Shown: positions 15,115-24,112, counted from the first letter of the stretch. The stretch: 39,978 nt of DNA from Candidatus Limnocylindria bacterium (GCA_044866725.1 JBIOUD010000150.1:1-39978); one strand, 5' to 3'. A program made the numbers and translations. Notes: a model not told the origin generated them from the sequence alone.

Positions 15115-16109
15115 GGCACCGACCGCCGGCCACGCAGGAGGAGCGCGAGGAAGAAGGGTCCGCCGACCGCGCCCGTGATGACGCCCACCGGCAGCTCCGC
15201 CGGCGCGAGCGCCGTGCGCGCGCCGAGGTCCGCGAGCACGAGCGCCGCGGCGCCCGCGAGGAACGACGCCGCGATGAGCGGCCGATGCCGCGCGCCCAGG
15301 AGTCCGCGCATCGCGTGCGGCACGACGAGACCGACGAACGCGACCAGCCCGGCGAGCGCGACGGCGGCGCCCGTGAGCAGTGCGGTGACGACGAGCACGC
15401 CCTGGGTGGTGCGCTCCGTGTCGACGCCGAGGGTCGCCGCGGTCTCCTCGCCCAGCGCATACGCGTCGATCCGCGGCGCGAGAGCCAGCGCCCCCGCCGC
15501 CCCGACGAGCACGACCACGGCCGCCGCGACGAGCTCGGATGGGTCGCGCACCGAGATGCCGCCGACGAGCACGTCGAGGAGCGCGCGAAGTCGGAGCGAG
15601 AGCCGGTCGCTCGCGACGACGACGAGCGTCACCAGCGCGCCGGCGAACGCGGTCAGGACCACGCCCGCGAGGAGGATCGTCAGCACGGTGGTGCGTCCGC
15701 CTGCCCGCGCCATGCGCCAGACGAGCGCGACCGCGCCGAGGGCACCGACGAACGAGGCGAGCGGAATGAGGGTCGACGGACCCGCTGACCCGACGACCAC
15801 GAGCCCGACGACCGAACCGAGCGCGCCGCCGGCCGAGGCGCCGGTCACATAGGGATCCGCGAGCGGGTTGCGGAGGAGCCCCTGGAGTACCGCGCCGGCG
15901 ACGGCGAGCGCGCCGCCGACGAGCGCCGCCGCGAGGACGCGCGGCATGCGGAGGTCGCGGACGATCCTCGCCGTCACCGGGTCGCCGCCTCCCGTGAGCG
16001 ACGCGAGGACGTCGCCGATGGGCAGCGGGACCGCGCCGAACGCGATCCCCGCCGTCAGGCTGACGAGCAGCGCGACGGCGAGGATCGCGAACAGCGCGGC
16101 GGGTCTCAG
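15111..16109 (-). CDS. FecCD/BtuC-family ABC permease, probable CTG start
   Basis: The track ORF starts at GTG 15977. The 44 in-frame codons upstream encode LRPAALFAILAVALLVSLTAGIAFGAVPLPIGDVLASLTGGGDP, which is the conserved first TM helix and loop of this family. There is no ATG/GTG/TTG among them. CTG 16109 overlaps the upstream TGA as CTGA. Confidence 0.75.
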   Translation of the reverse strand: MRPAALFAILAVALLVSLTAGIAFGAVPLPIGDVLASLTGGGDPVTARIVRDLRMPRVLAAALVGGALAVAGAVLQGLLRNPLADPYVTGASAGGALGSVVGLVVVGSAGPSTLIPLASFVGALGAVALVWRMARAGGRTTVLTILLAGVVLTAFAGALVTLVVVASDRLSLRLRALLDVLVGGISVRDPSELVAAAVVVLVGAAGALALAPRIDAYALGEETAATLGVDTERTTQGVLVVTALLTGAAVALAGLVAFVGLVVPHAMRGLLGARHRPLIAASFLAGAAALVLADLGARTALAPAELPVGVITGAVGGPFFLALLLRGRRSVP

Positions 16110-17056
16110 CGGTAGAGCTCCGGGTGCAGGAGCCTCGCGTAGGCCTCCGCCGCGTCGCCGACGCGAGGCCCGGGTCGCGACACGAGACTGTCCGCGATCG
16201 GGAAGACGCGTTTGTTCTTGACGGCGTTCACCCCCGACCAGCCGGGCCGCGTCGCGACCTGCTCCGGAGTGGTGCCGTAGTCGGCGTCGCCGAGAACGAT
16301 AACCTCGGGATCGGCGCGAACGATCTCCTCGAGGCTGAGCTGTGGGTAGGCGGAGCCGGTGTTCGCCGCGACGTTCACGCCACCGGCGATCGTGATGAGG
16401 TCATGGATGTACGAGCCCGGCCCGACGGTGAACGGCTTCGTCGGATCGCTCGCGTCGACCTCGTGGAACACGCGCGGCTTGACCGTCGACGTCGCGATCT
16501 TCTGCTTCACCTGAGACAGCTTCTCGTCGAGCGATCTCGCAAGCCTGTCACCGTCAGCGCCGACGGCCCTGCCGAGAAGGATCGACGAGCGCGCGACGTC
16601 ACCGATGCTCTGCGGGTCGACGACGAGCACCGGAACGCCCGCGCCGGCGATGCGCTCGATCGTGCCGTCGGAGAACTTCACGCTGATGACGAGGTCAGGC
16701 TTGAGCGCGACGACCTTCTCGACGTTCACCTTCACGCCGCCGATCTTCTCGATCTTCGCGGCGGCGGCTGGCTGGTCGGAGAAGTCGTCGACACCGACGA
16801 CGCGGTCGCCCGCGCCGAGGGCGAACAGGAACTCGGTGTTCGATGGCCCGATCGAGACGATGCGCGACGGCCGCGCGGCGATAGAGATGGCGCGTCCCTG
16901 GAAGTCGGTGAGCGTCGCGGGGAACGCGGGTGGCGCGACCGTCGCGGTCGAGCCTGCGGTCGTCGGAACGGGCGTGACGAGCGGAGAGGCGGCGGGGCCG
17001 CAGGCGGCGAAGAGGAAGAGGAGGACGCTGAGGATCGAGACGAGTCGCTGGGCCAT
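16106..17056 (-). CDS. ABC substrate-binding lipoprotein, BtuF / periplasmic-binding-protein-2 type
   Basis: The lipobox is LLFLFAAC-G. The body reads RIVSIGPSNTEFLFALGAGDRVVGV...KPDLVI...ADPEVIVL. I preferred ATG 17056 because it is preceded by aaagggg. GTG 17074 is an alternative. Confidence 0.82.
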   Translation of the reverse strand: MAQRLVSILSVLLFLFAACGPAASPLVTPVPTTAGSTATVAPPAFPATLTDFQGRAISIAARPSRIVSIGPSNTEFLFALGAGDRVVGVDDFSDQPAAAAKIEKIGGVKVNVEKVVALKPDLVISVKFSDGTIERIAGAGVPVLVVDPQSIGDVARSSILLGRAVGADGDRLARSLDEKLSQVKQKIATSTVKPRVFHEVDASDPTKPFTVGPGSYIHDLITIAGGVNVAANTGSAYPQLSLEEIVRADPEVIVLGDADYGTTPEQVATRPGWSGVNAVKNKRVFPIADSLVSRPGPRVGDAAEAYARLLHPELYR

Positions 17057-17059
17057 GTG

Positions 17060-17225
17060 GCGCACCCCTTTCACGCGAAGGTGTGGTAGCCGCGAGCGGT
17101 GAGCCCAGGCGACCCGAGTTGGAGCGTTCGCTCTTCACGGTGGCGCGACCCTGCCGGAATTGCACCGGCTTCGCTGGACGACCGCCTATTCAGTTGTGGG
17201 ACGCAAGGACGCTAACTCCGCGCGT
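17060..17225 (-). promoter_or_regulatory. Cobalamin (B12) riboswitch in the leader of the BtuF/C/D-like operon
   Basis: The minus strand at 17169-17133 reads GCCGGTGCAATTCCGGCAGGGTCGCGCCACCGTGAAG. This matches the conserved cobalamin-riboswitch core (GGTG..AAT.CC....C.G..C.CGCCAC.GT.AA). The B12-box region is only a partial match. The outer boundaries are approximate. Confidence 0.65.
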
Positions 17226-17240
17226 TGGACAGCCCGATGT

Positions 17241-17507
17241 TTACGCGGGGACGACGTGCTCGGTGGTGTACCGGACCGCTTCGGTGAGGTTGGACGCGAA
17301 GAGACGCTGCATGGTCATGATGTGCGCGCAAAGACCTGAGGTATGGAAGTGGTCGCACTCGCAGGACCAGTCATCGCCTTTGAGGGAGACGCGATGCGTG
17401 CCGTTGTCGCCGCGGAATCTGACCGCGAGGGTCTCGAAGGTGATGCGGTCGGGCTCTTCGGCGTAGCGCTTCGCCTTCTCGATCTTGGAGATGAGGCTCG
17501 AGTACAT
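17241..17507 (-). CDS. Small stand-alone SWIM-type zinc-finger protein
   Basis: WSCECDHFHTSGLCAHI fits the C-x-C-x(n)-C-x-H pattern. ATG 17507 has an excellent SD (ggtggaggag, 5 nt upstream). The track start GTG 17522 lies inside that SD. Confidence 0.65.
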   Translation of the reverse strand: MYSSLISKIEKAKRYAEEPDRITFETLAVRFRGDNGTHRVSLKGDDWSCECDHFHTSGLCAHIMTMQRLFASNLTEAVRYTTEHVVPA

Positions 17508-17581
17508 GAGCTCCTCCACCACTGCGCTTGTACCGGCTGGCGCCGGTCACGGCGATTCTAGGCTCGCCCTATTGTGGTCGC

Positions 17582-18775
17582 GTGAGTCCGAAAAACTCGC
17601 GGTTTTCCAGCCTGGTCGCCGAGGTGGTCAACGACCACGCCGAGCTGCTCAAGTTCTTCGGGACGTACGAGGAGCGCTCGCCCAAGGCCATCGCCGACTT
17701 CGTCGCGGGCAACCCGCAGGAGATGCCGCTCGCCGGGTTCGTCGCTGCGCTGGCGAAGTGGCTGCCGCCTACGAGCAAGGACCACTTCGCTTACAAGCAG
17801 AGCACGCCGGAAGCCGTGAAGGTCGTGGCCGACGTCCTCGCACGCGACCGCGGGATGCGCGTGGCGCACGAGGACGTCTTCATGACGAGCGGCGCCTTCC
17901 CGGCGCTCGCGCTCGCGCTGCGCGTGCTCTGCGATCCGGGCGACGAGGTCATCTACAACAGCCCGCCGTGGTTCTTCTACCGCGGGATGATCAAGTACAT
18001 CAGCGCGATCCCCGTTCGCGTCGACGTGAAGCCGGGCTCATGGGACCTCGACATCGACGCCATCGAGGGCGCGATCACGCCGAAGACGCGCGCGGTCATC
18101 GTGAACTCGCCGAACAACCCAAGCGGCCGGCTGTATCCCCGCGAGAACCTCGAGGCGCTGGCGCGCGTGTTGACCGCGGCCTCGGAGCGGTACGGCCGCA
18201 CGATCCACCTCATCTCGGACGAGTCGTACAGCCGCATCCTCTTCGACGGCCGCAAGTACATCAGCCCCGTCGATTCATACGCGCATTCTCTCCTTGTCTA
18301 CACGTACGGGAAGCAGCTCTTGACTCCCGGCGAGCGCATGGGCTACATCGCGCTGCCGCCCTCGATGCCGCTCGAGGACCGGCAGGTCCTGCGCGATCAG
18401 ATCCTCATGTCGCAGGTGCTCCTGGGCTGGCTCTTCCCGAACGCCGTGCTCCAGTACGCGATCGGCGACCTCGAGCCGCTCTCCATCGACCTCGCGCACC
18501 TGCAGAAGAAGCGCGACCGCGTCGCGAAGGGTCTGCGCGACGCCGGATATGACCTGAACGTGCCCGAGGGGACCTTCTACATCCTCGTGAAGTCACCGTG
18601 GGGGAAGCCCGGCGAGTTCGTCGAGCATCTTGCGGGGAAGGGCGTGCTCGTGCTGCCCGGATACACGTTCGAGATGCCCGAGTACTTCCGCATCTCGATC
18701 ACCGCCTCGATGGAGATGATCGAGAAGTCGCTGCCCGCGTTCGTCGCGGCGATCAAACAGCCCGCGCGGGTCTGA
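17582..18775 (+). CDS. Class I/II PLP-dependent aminotransferase
   Basis: Motifs seen: VIVNSPNNPSGR, ISDESYSRI and YTYGKQLLTPGERMGY (Schiff-base Lys context). The start is uncertain, either GTG 17582 or TTG 17528. Confidence 0.8.
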   Translation: MSPKNSRFSSLVAEVVNDHAELLKFFGTYEERSPKAIADFVAGNPQEMPLAGFVAALAKWLPPTSKDHFAYKQSTPEAVKVVADVLARDRGMRVAHEDVFMTSGAFPALALALRVLCDPGDEVIYNSPPWFFYRGMIKYISAIPVRVDVKPGSWDLDIDAIEGAITPKTRAVIVNSPNNPSGRLYPRENLEALARVLTAASERYGRTIHLISDESYSRILFDGRKYISPVDSYAHSLLVYTYGKQLLTPGERMGYIALPPSMPLEDRQVLRDQILMSQVLLGWLFPNAVLQYAIGDLEPLSIDLAHLQKKRDRVAKGLRDAGYDLNVPEGTFYILVKSPWGKPGEFVEHLAGKGVLVLPGYTFEMPEYFRISITASMEMIEKSLPAFVAAIKQPARV

Positions 18776-18799
18776 CGACCTCCGGACCTCTCGCCAGGT

Positions 18800-19159
18800 C
18801 TACGGCGACTTCGGGCGGACCGCGCCGCCGTTCGCGTCGAGCACGGTCCGACCGCCGAGCGGCGTCCTGAGCGTCACCGGGACATCGACGAGCGGCGCGC
18901 CGCCGCTCGACGGAGCACCGCGACAGGTGAGCGTCACAGTGAGCCGGACCGCGGTCGTCGACTCGTCGCCGACGACGCGATCGACGTCACAGGCTTGCGG
19001 CACGATCGCGGTGACGACGAGCCGCAGGCCGTCCGCGCTCGCGGCGTAGTCGACCAGCTCCGCGGCCGGGCCGCCCGAGCGGCCAGTCGCGAAGCCCATC
19101 GCGATGACGAGAACGGCGATGACGATCGCGAGGATCGCGAACAGCGGCGAGCGGCGCAC
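18800..19159 (-). CDS. Hypothetical membrane-anchored protein
   Basis: 119-aa ORF with an N-terminal TM (LFAILAIVIAVLVIAMGF) followed by a soluble domain with two Cys. No family recognised. Confidence 0.5.
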   Translation of the reverse strand: MRRSPLFAILAIVIAVLVIAMGFATGRSGGPAAELVDYAASADGLRLVVTAIVPQACDVDRVVGDESTTAVRLTVTLTCRGAPSSGGAPLVDVPVTLRTPLGGRTVLDANGGAVRPKSP

Positions 19160-19172
19160 GCGTCGAGCCTAG

Positions 19173-19189
19173 GTCCGCTACGAGCGGAC
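19173..19189 (-). terminator. Candidate hairpin between two small membrane-protein genes
   Basis: The structure is gtccgct-acg-agcggac, a perfect 7-bp stem, 3 nt after the TAA of the 19193 gene. The T-rich run (ttctt) lies on the plus side only, so its function is uncertain. Confidence 0.25.
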
Positions 19190-19192
19190 TTC

Positions 19193-19438
19193 TTAGCGGC
19201 GCTGCTTCAGCTCAGACCAACCGTGCCTGAGCGCGAGGTACCCGAACACCGCGAACATCGCGACTCCGACGAGCAGAGCCGCGCTGCCTGCGCTGAGCAG
19301 CTCTACGCCGCCATTGGTGCGCCCGGCCAGTCCGGCTGCGATGCCGCCGGTGGCGACGGCGGTCGCGTAGAACGCGAGGGCCAACCCGATGACCGCGAGA
19401 CCGATGTACTTGAAGATCCTTGGCAATGGCTTATTCAT
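19193..19438 (-). CDS. Hypothetical small membrane protein (2 TM)
   Basis: The sequence is MNKPLPRIFKYIGLAVIGLALAFYATAV...ALLVGVAMFAVFGYLAL. I chose ATG 19438 over the longer track ORF. Confidence 0.5.
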   Translation of the reverse strand: MNKPLPRIFKYIGLAVIGLALAFYATAVATGGIAAGLAGRTNGGVELLSAGSAALLVGVAMFAVFGYLALRHGWSELKQRR

Positions 19439-19535
19439 GGGCGTCGTTTGTAGGTGCGTGAGATCGTCGAGGCAATAGCCAAAGAGGCTATGCCGGGGTG
19501 CCATAACGGAACGGACACTTTGGCGTTCGGCGGAG

Positions 19536-20930
19536 CTAGCCGGCGACGGCGACGATGGCGGGATGACCGTGCGGCGCCTCCGCGGCGATCTGCTCGAGCC
19601 GCTCCTGTTCGATCCGCGCGAAGGCGTCGGCGACGGCCGGGTCGAACTGGGTGCCGCTGCAGCGCCGGACCTCTTCGCACGCCGCGGTGATGGTCATCGC
19701 GCGGCGGTACGGACGGTCGCTCGTCATCGCGTCGAACGAGTCCGCGACGGCGAAGATGCGTGCCCCGAGCGGGATCTGCTCGCCGGCGAGCCCGGCTGGG
19801 TAGCCCTTCCCATCCCAGCGCTCGTGGTGGTGGCGGACGATCTGCGCGACGTCGTGGAGGAACGGGATGCCCGACACGATGCGCGCGCCGAACTCGGGGT
19901 GGCGTTTCATGACGACCCACTCCGCGTCCGACAGCGCGGCGGGCTTGCGCAGGATGTTGTCCGGCACGCCGATCTTCCCGATGTCGTGCAGGAGAGCGCC
20001 ACGACGGAGGAGCTGGTTCGAGCCGGCGTCGGCGCCGATCTCTTCGATGAGTAGCTCCATGTACCGAAGGACGCGGTCGCTGTGGCCGCCGGTCTCGCTG
20101 TCACGCACGTCGAGCGCGTTCGCGAGCGCGCCGAGGGTCGCGTCGTACGTCTGGTCACGCTCGGCCACGGCGCGCGAGAGGTCACGCGACTGCGCGACGA
20201 TCCGCTTCGATGACCGGACGTAGACGCCACGGAGAACGAGCCAGAGGAGCGCGGCTGCCGCGAGGATGATCGCCGCGAGCATCCCCTGGATGCGCATGAG
20301 CGCGGCATCGATCGCGGACATGTCGCGCCAGACGACCGCCGCGCCGGTGACCTGACCGTTCTGCCGCACCGGGATCCACGCTTCAAGGGCGTTCAACTGG
20401 GCAAGGCCGGGTGGCACGCTCCCTGTCGCGTTCGCCGCGGACGAGTGGTGCGTGTTGAGCGAGGCGAAGCCGACGGCCGTGCCGGGGACACCGAGACGCG
20501 GATCGGCGATGATCGACGTGCGCTCCGAGGTGCGCATGTTCTTCAGCGCTTGATCGAGGCCTCGCTGCGACCATGGATCGATCCGTCGTCCGACCTCGGA
20601 CTGGTCGTACGAGAAGACGATCCGACCGGTCCGATCGAAGAACTGCGTCGCGACGATGTTGTAGACGGAGAAGTGGAAGGTCACGTCGCGAGTCAGGTCC
20701 TTCACCTCTTGCTCGGTCAGGCCGCGCTCAAAGACCTCGTCGCCGAACACCGTGCCGAAGTGGACCGAGACCGAGTCCTGCGTGAACCGTGTGGTCTCGT
20801 CGGCGACGTAGCGCGACAGGAGGTACGCGGTACCGACGGCGAGGACGATGGCGGTGAGGAACAGGATCGCGCCGAGCGCGATCGAGAAACGTGCCACCGG
20901 GCTCAGACCTTCACTCGTGAGCCTGCTCAT
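19536..20930 (-). CDS. Membrane-bound HD-GYP domain protein (putative c-di-GMP phosphodiesterase) with an extracytoplasmic sensor region
   Basis: Motifs seen: GGHSDRV, LLHDIGKIGVP and HHERWDGKGYPAG. Two TM segments flank a domain of about 215 aa. I trimmed the 656-aa track ORF to ATG 20930 (MSRLTSEGL). Confidence 0.85.
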   Translation of the reverse strand: MSRLTSEGLSPVARFSIALGAILFLTAIVLAVGTAYLLSRYVADETTRFTQDSVSVHFGTVFGDEVFERGLTEQEVKDLTRDVTFHFSVYNIVATQFFDRTGRIVFSYDQSEVGRRIDPWSQRGLDQALKNMRTSERTSIIADPRLGVPGTAVGFASLNTHHSSAANATGSVPPGLAQLNALEAWIPVRQNGQVTGAAVVWRDMSAIDAALMRIQGMLAAIILAAAALLWLVLRGVYVRSSKRIVAQSRDLSRAVAERDQTYDATLGALANALDVRDSETGGHSDRVLRYMELLIEEIGADAGSNQLLRRGALLHDIGKIGVPDNILRKPAALSDAEWVVMKRHPEFGARIVSGIPFLHDVAQIVRHHHERWDGKGYPAGLAGEQIPLGARIFAVADSFDAMTSDRPYRRAMTITAACEEVRRCSGTQFDPAVADAFARIEQERLEQIAAEAPHGHPAIVAVAG

Positions 20931-21054
20931 CCACACCCTCGCGGGGCCGCACCCCCGCCACGTCCTTCTTACGTACCGCCCGACCGCGAAGATGCTCGTC
21001 GGGCACTCATGCAGACGCCATAACCCGTACGGGGGCGTTGCGAGCCGGTATCTA

Positions 21055-21573
21055 TCAGGGGCGCGGCGGCTCGTAGGCGCGCCAGGCGTCGAGGCCGTGC
21101 GCGGTCGAAGGCCACGCGAGCTCCTCGAGCGGCGGCAGCTCTTCCCGCGGGAAGAAACGCGCTTCCGACGCTTCATCCGGGGCGACGCGAAGCTCCCCGG
21201 ACACGATGTGCGCGCGGTAGATGACGACGAGGATCGGGAATCCCTGACGCATCCACATCGCGAGGAGGCCGTCGAGCCCGACGGCGAAGCCCGTCTCCTC
21301 AGCCGTCTCGCGGATCGCGGCCTGCTCGACGGTCTCGTCCGCTTCGACCAGCCCGCCGGGGAGCGCCCAGTGCCCGTCGCGCGGCCCATAGTTGAGCCGC
21401 ACCAACAGCACTTGCCCGTCCTTCTCGACGATCGTGTTCGCGCCGATCTGCACGTGCATGAAGTCGGCGAAGCCGCACGTCGGGCATGTCGGCCGATCGC
21501 GACCATCGATGCGCGTCGGGACGAGGCGTGTGCCGTCGCGCGGGCAGAAGCCGAAACCGGCGCGGTGCTGCAA
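21055..21573 (-). CDS. NUDIX hydrolase with N-terminal zinc-ribbon-like segment
   Basis: The Nudix box is GGLVEADETVEQAAIRETAEETG. The N-terminus reads CPRDG...CPTCG. TTG start immediately after the upstream TAG. Confidence 0.85.
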   Translation of the reverse strand: MQHRAGFGFCPRDGTRLVPTRIDGRDRPTCPTCGFADFMHVQIGANTIVEKDGQVLLVRLNYGPRDGHWALPGGLVEADETVEQAAIRETAEETGFAVGLDGLLAMWMRQGFPILVVIYRAHIVSGELRVAPDEASEARFFPREELPPLEELAWPSTAHGLDAWRAYEPPRP

Positions 21574-22674
21574 CTAGGCCTTGGCCAGACGGTCCTTCAG
21601 GTAGTCGATCGACCTCACCTCGGACGGGTCCGCGCCGTTCAGGAGCGAGAGATAGAAGGACACGTAGTCCGTGAACATGACCATCTGCAGGACCTCCGAC
21701 AGCATGCTGCTGCCGGGGAACTTCAATGTCCTGTGCTGCACGTTCACGCGGTCGAGGAGCTCCGCGGTCACGTCGAAGCGGATGCGGTGCCGCGGGTTGT
21801 CGCGGTCGCTCCGCAGCAGGAGCACGGTGAGCGCCTCGCGCGCGACGGGCGGGTGCGGAAACCCGACGACGGCGTTGTGGTTGAGCTCGCTCATGATGTC
21901 GAAGGCCGACCAGTTCTTGCCGTTCTCGTTCCACTGGCCCTTCACGCGGCGCGCCATGACGCCCATCACCCCGGCGCCGTACGCGAAGATGATCCGACCG
22001 TAGAGCTCGACGGCCATGCGCTTCGCGTCGTTCGTGCGCGCGCCTTCGTGCACGCGCTCCTCGATCTTCGCGAGGTCGGCGAGCGCCGCGTCGATATCGG
22101 CCTGCAGGTCGCGGACGAATCCCATCTTCACGAGCGTCCCGAGGACGAGGCCGAGCGAGTACCCGAGGGCGGCGCGCGGCTGCGCTTTGTACGAGAACGT
22201 GACGACCGGGTAGTTCGCGGCCTTCGCGAGCTCGGAGAGCTTGCCGCCGGTGGTGAGCGCGAGCACCTTCGCGCCACGCTTGCGCGCGTCCTCGAACGCC
22301 GAGAGGCTCTCCTCGGTGTTCCCGGAGTAAGACGACGCGATGACGAGCGTGTCGCGGCCGACGAACGCCGGAAGACCGTAGTCGCGGTGGATGATCATCG
22401 GCACCTTCAGGTCGTCGGCGAGGAGCGCCGCCGCGAAGTCGCCGCCGATCGCCGAGCCGCCCATGCCGGCGAGGACGATGGAGCGGACGTCGGAGAAGGC
22501 CGGCGGGATCGTCGCACGCCGCCCGATCTCCCACGCGTCGCGGACCTGCTTTCCCAGGTCCTTGATCCGGTCGAGCATGTTGTCCTTATCGGCGGCGCGG
22601 ATGCTCTCGACGGTCTCGATGACCGCGGTATTCGCGTACGCGTGCTCACGGCGAACGACGCTTTCAGTCACCAT
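21574..22674 (-). CDS. Bifunctional phosphoglucose/phosphomannose isomerase (SIS domain)
   Basis: Motifs seen: LAGMGGSAIGG and ASSYSGNTEES, with a C-terminal PGI/PMI-type region. The start is ATG 22674 (MVTESV). Confidence 0.8.
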   Translation of the reverse strand: MVTESVVRREHAYANTAVIETVESIRAADKDNMLDRIKDLGKQVRDAWEIGRRATIPPAFSDVRSIVLAGMGGSAIGGDFAAALLADDLKVPMIIHRDYGLPAFVGRDTLVIASSYSGNTEESLSAFEDARKRGAKVLALTTGGKLSELAKAANYPVVTFSYKAQPRAALGYSLGLVLGTLVKMGFVRDLQADIDAALADLAKIEERVHEGARTNDAKRMAVELYGRIIFAYGAGVMGVMARRVKGQWNENGKNWSAFDIMSELNHNAVVGFPHPPVAREALTVLLLRSDRDNPRHRIRFDVTAELLDRVNVQHRTLKFPGSSMLSEVLQMVMFTDYVSFYLSLLNGADPSEVRSIDYLKDRLAKA

Positions 22675-24112
22675 CCACCATCCTCTGCCCGGCATCGAGC
22701 ATGGGCTTGAGCTCCTTCTGTGCGCGAGTCTCCGCGTACACGCGGACGAGCGGCTCCGTCCCGGAGAGACGCACGAGGAGCCACGAGCCGTCGTCGACGA
22801 AGAACTTCACGCCGTCCTTCGTATCGAGGAAGACCGTGTTCTTCACGCTGTGGCCCGCGATCTCGCGCGGCCGCTCGGCGTCGAGACGCTTCATGATGTC
22901 GATCTTTTTCTGCTGGTAGGTCGCGCCCTCCTGGTGGAGATCGCGCCGCAGATAGAAGGAGGGGCCGGCCATGTTCATGAGCTCGGCGATGAGCTGGCTC
23001 GGCTTCTTCTTCGTCTTCAGCATGAAGTCGAGGAAGAAGAGGTCGGCGACGATCCCGTCGCGCTCGGGCAGGTGCATCGCGAAGCCGAAGCCGCCGGACT
23101 CTTCCCCACCCATCATCGCGTCGGTCTCGACCATCTTCGGCGCGATGTACTTGAAGCCGACCGGCACCTCGTACACCTTCACGCCGTACTTCTCGCCGAG
23201 GCGGTCGACCATCGCGCTCATGTTCACCGTCTTCACCACGGGCTTCCGCAGCTTGCGCACCTCGAGGAGGTACCACATGAGCAGCGAATAGAGCGTGAGC
23301 GTCGTGACGAAGTTGCCCTTCTCGTCAGCGAGCCCGGCGCGGTCCGCGTCGCCGTCGACCGCGAGTCCGACGTCGGCGTTCTCCTTCGGAATGCGCGCGA
23401 GGAACTCGTCGATGTTCGGCGGGATCGGCTCGGGGTTCACGCCACCGAAGTACGGGTTGCGCTCGGCGTGCAGCTCGATGATCTTCGTCTTCCCGCCGCC
23501 GAGGAGGCGTGGGAAGTAGCCCGCCGCGCTGCCGAAGAGCGGCTCGCACACGATCGTGTAGCCCGCTCCCCTGAACGCCTCGAGGTCGAACAGCTGGCCC
23601 ACGCGCGCGAGATAGTCGGGCGCGGGGTCGAAGATCTCGACCAGGCCCTTGGCCTTCGCGTCGTCGAACTTCATCCGCTTCACCGTCTCTGGCCGGTCCT
23701 CGAGCGGATGGATGATCGCCTCGAGCTCCTTGATGACGGCCGGCGACGCGGCGGCGCCGGTCTCCTCCTTCACCTTGAAGCCGTTGTCGGTCCAGGGGTT
23801 GTGCGACGCGGTGATGACGATGCCGGCCTTGGCCTTCTTGCGCATCGTCGCGTACGAGAAGCTCTGCGTCGGTGACGCGGCGGACGCCAGAAAGACGTGG
23901 ATGCCGTGCGCCGCGACCACCTCGGCGGCGGCGGCGGCGAAGTGCTCCGAGCGGAAGCGCCGGTCGAAGCCGATGACGATGCCGCGATCCGCGCCGCCGG
24001 TCTTCTGGACCCACTCGGCGACGCTCTGAGCGCAGACTCGCACGGCGTCGAAGCTGTACGCGTCCGCGATGCCCGCCCGCCAGCCGTCAGTCCCGAACTG
24101 GATCCTGCTCAA
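22664..24112 (-). CDS. Phosphomannomutase/phosphoglucomutase (alpha-D-phosphohexomutase)
   Basis: Motifs seen: FGTDGWR, ITASHNP, LAVDGDADR and GGEESGG. I preferred TTG 24112 because it forms a TTGA overlap with the upstream stop. The track start TTG 24148 is an alternative. Confidence 0.85.
   Translation of the reverse strand: MSRIQFGTDGWRAGIADAYSFDAVRVCAQSVAEWVQKTGGADRGIVIGFDRRFRSEHFAAAAAEVVAAHGIHVFLASAASPTQSFSYATMRKKAKAGIVITASHNPWTDNGFKVKEETGAAASPAVIKELEAIIHPLEDRPETVKRMKFDDAKAKGLVEIFDPAPDYLARVGQLFDLEAFRGAGYTIVCEPLFGSAAGYFPRLLGGGKTKIIELHAERNPYFGGVNPEPIPPNIDEFLARIPKENADVGLAVDGDADRAGLADEKGNFVTTLTLYSLLMWYLLEVRKLRKPVVKTVNMSAMVDRLGEKYGVKVYEVPVGFKYIAPKMVETDAMMGGEESGGFGFAMHLPERDGIVADLFFLDFMLKTKKKPSQLIAELMNMAGPSFYLRRDLHQEGATYQQKKIDIMKRLDAERPREIAGHSVKNTVFLDTKDGVKFFVDDGSWLLVRLSGTEPLVRVYAETRAQKELKPMLDAGQRMVDGD

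Noticed and set aside
19471-19494. Imperfect hairpin ggcaatagcc-aaaga-ggctatgcc in the 97-nt spacer after the HD-GYP gene, considered as a terminator or small RNA
   Set aside because: The stem is interrupted by a bulge and has no U-tract on the relevant (minus) strand. The evidence is too weak to report as a feature.
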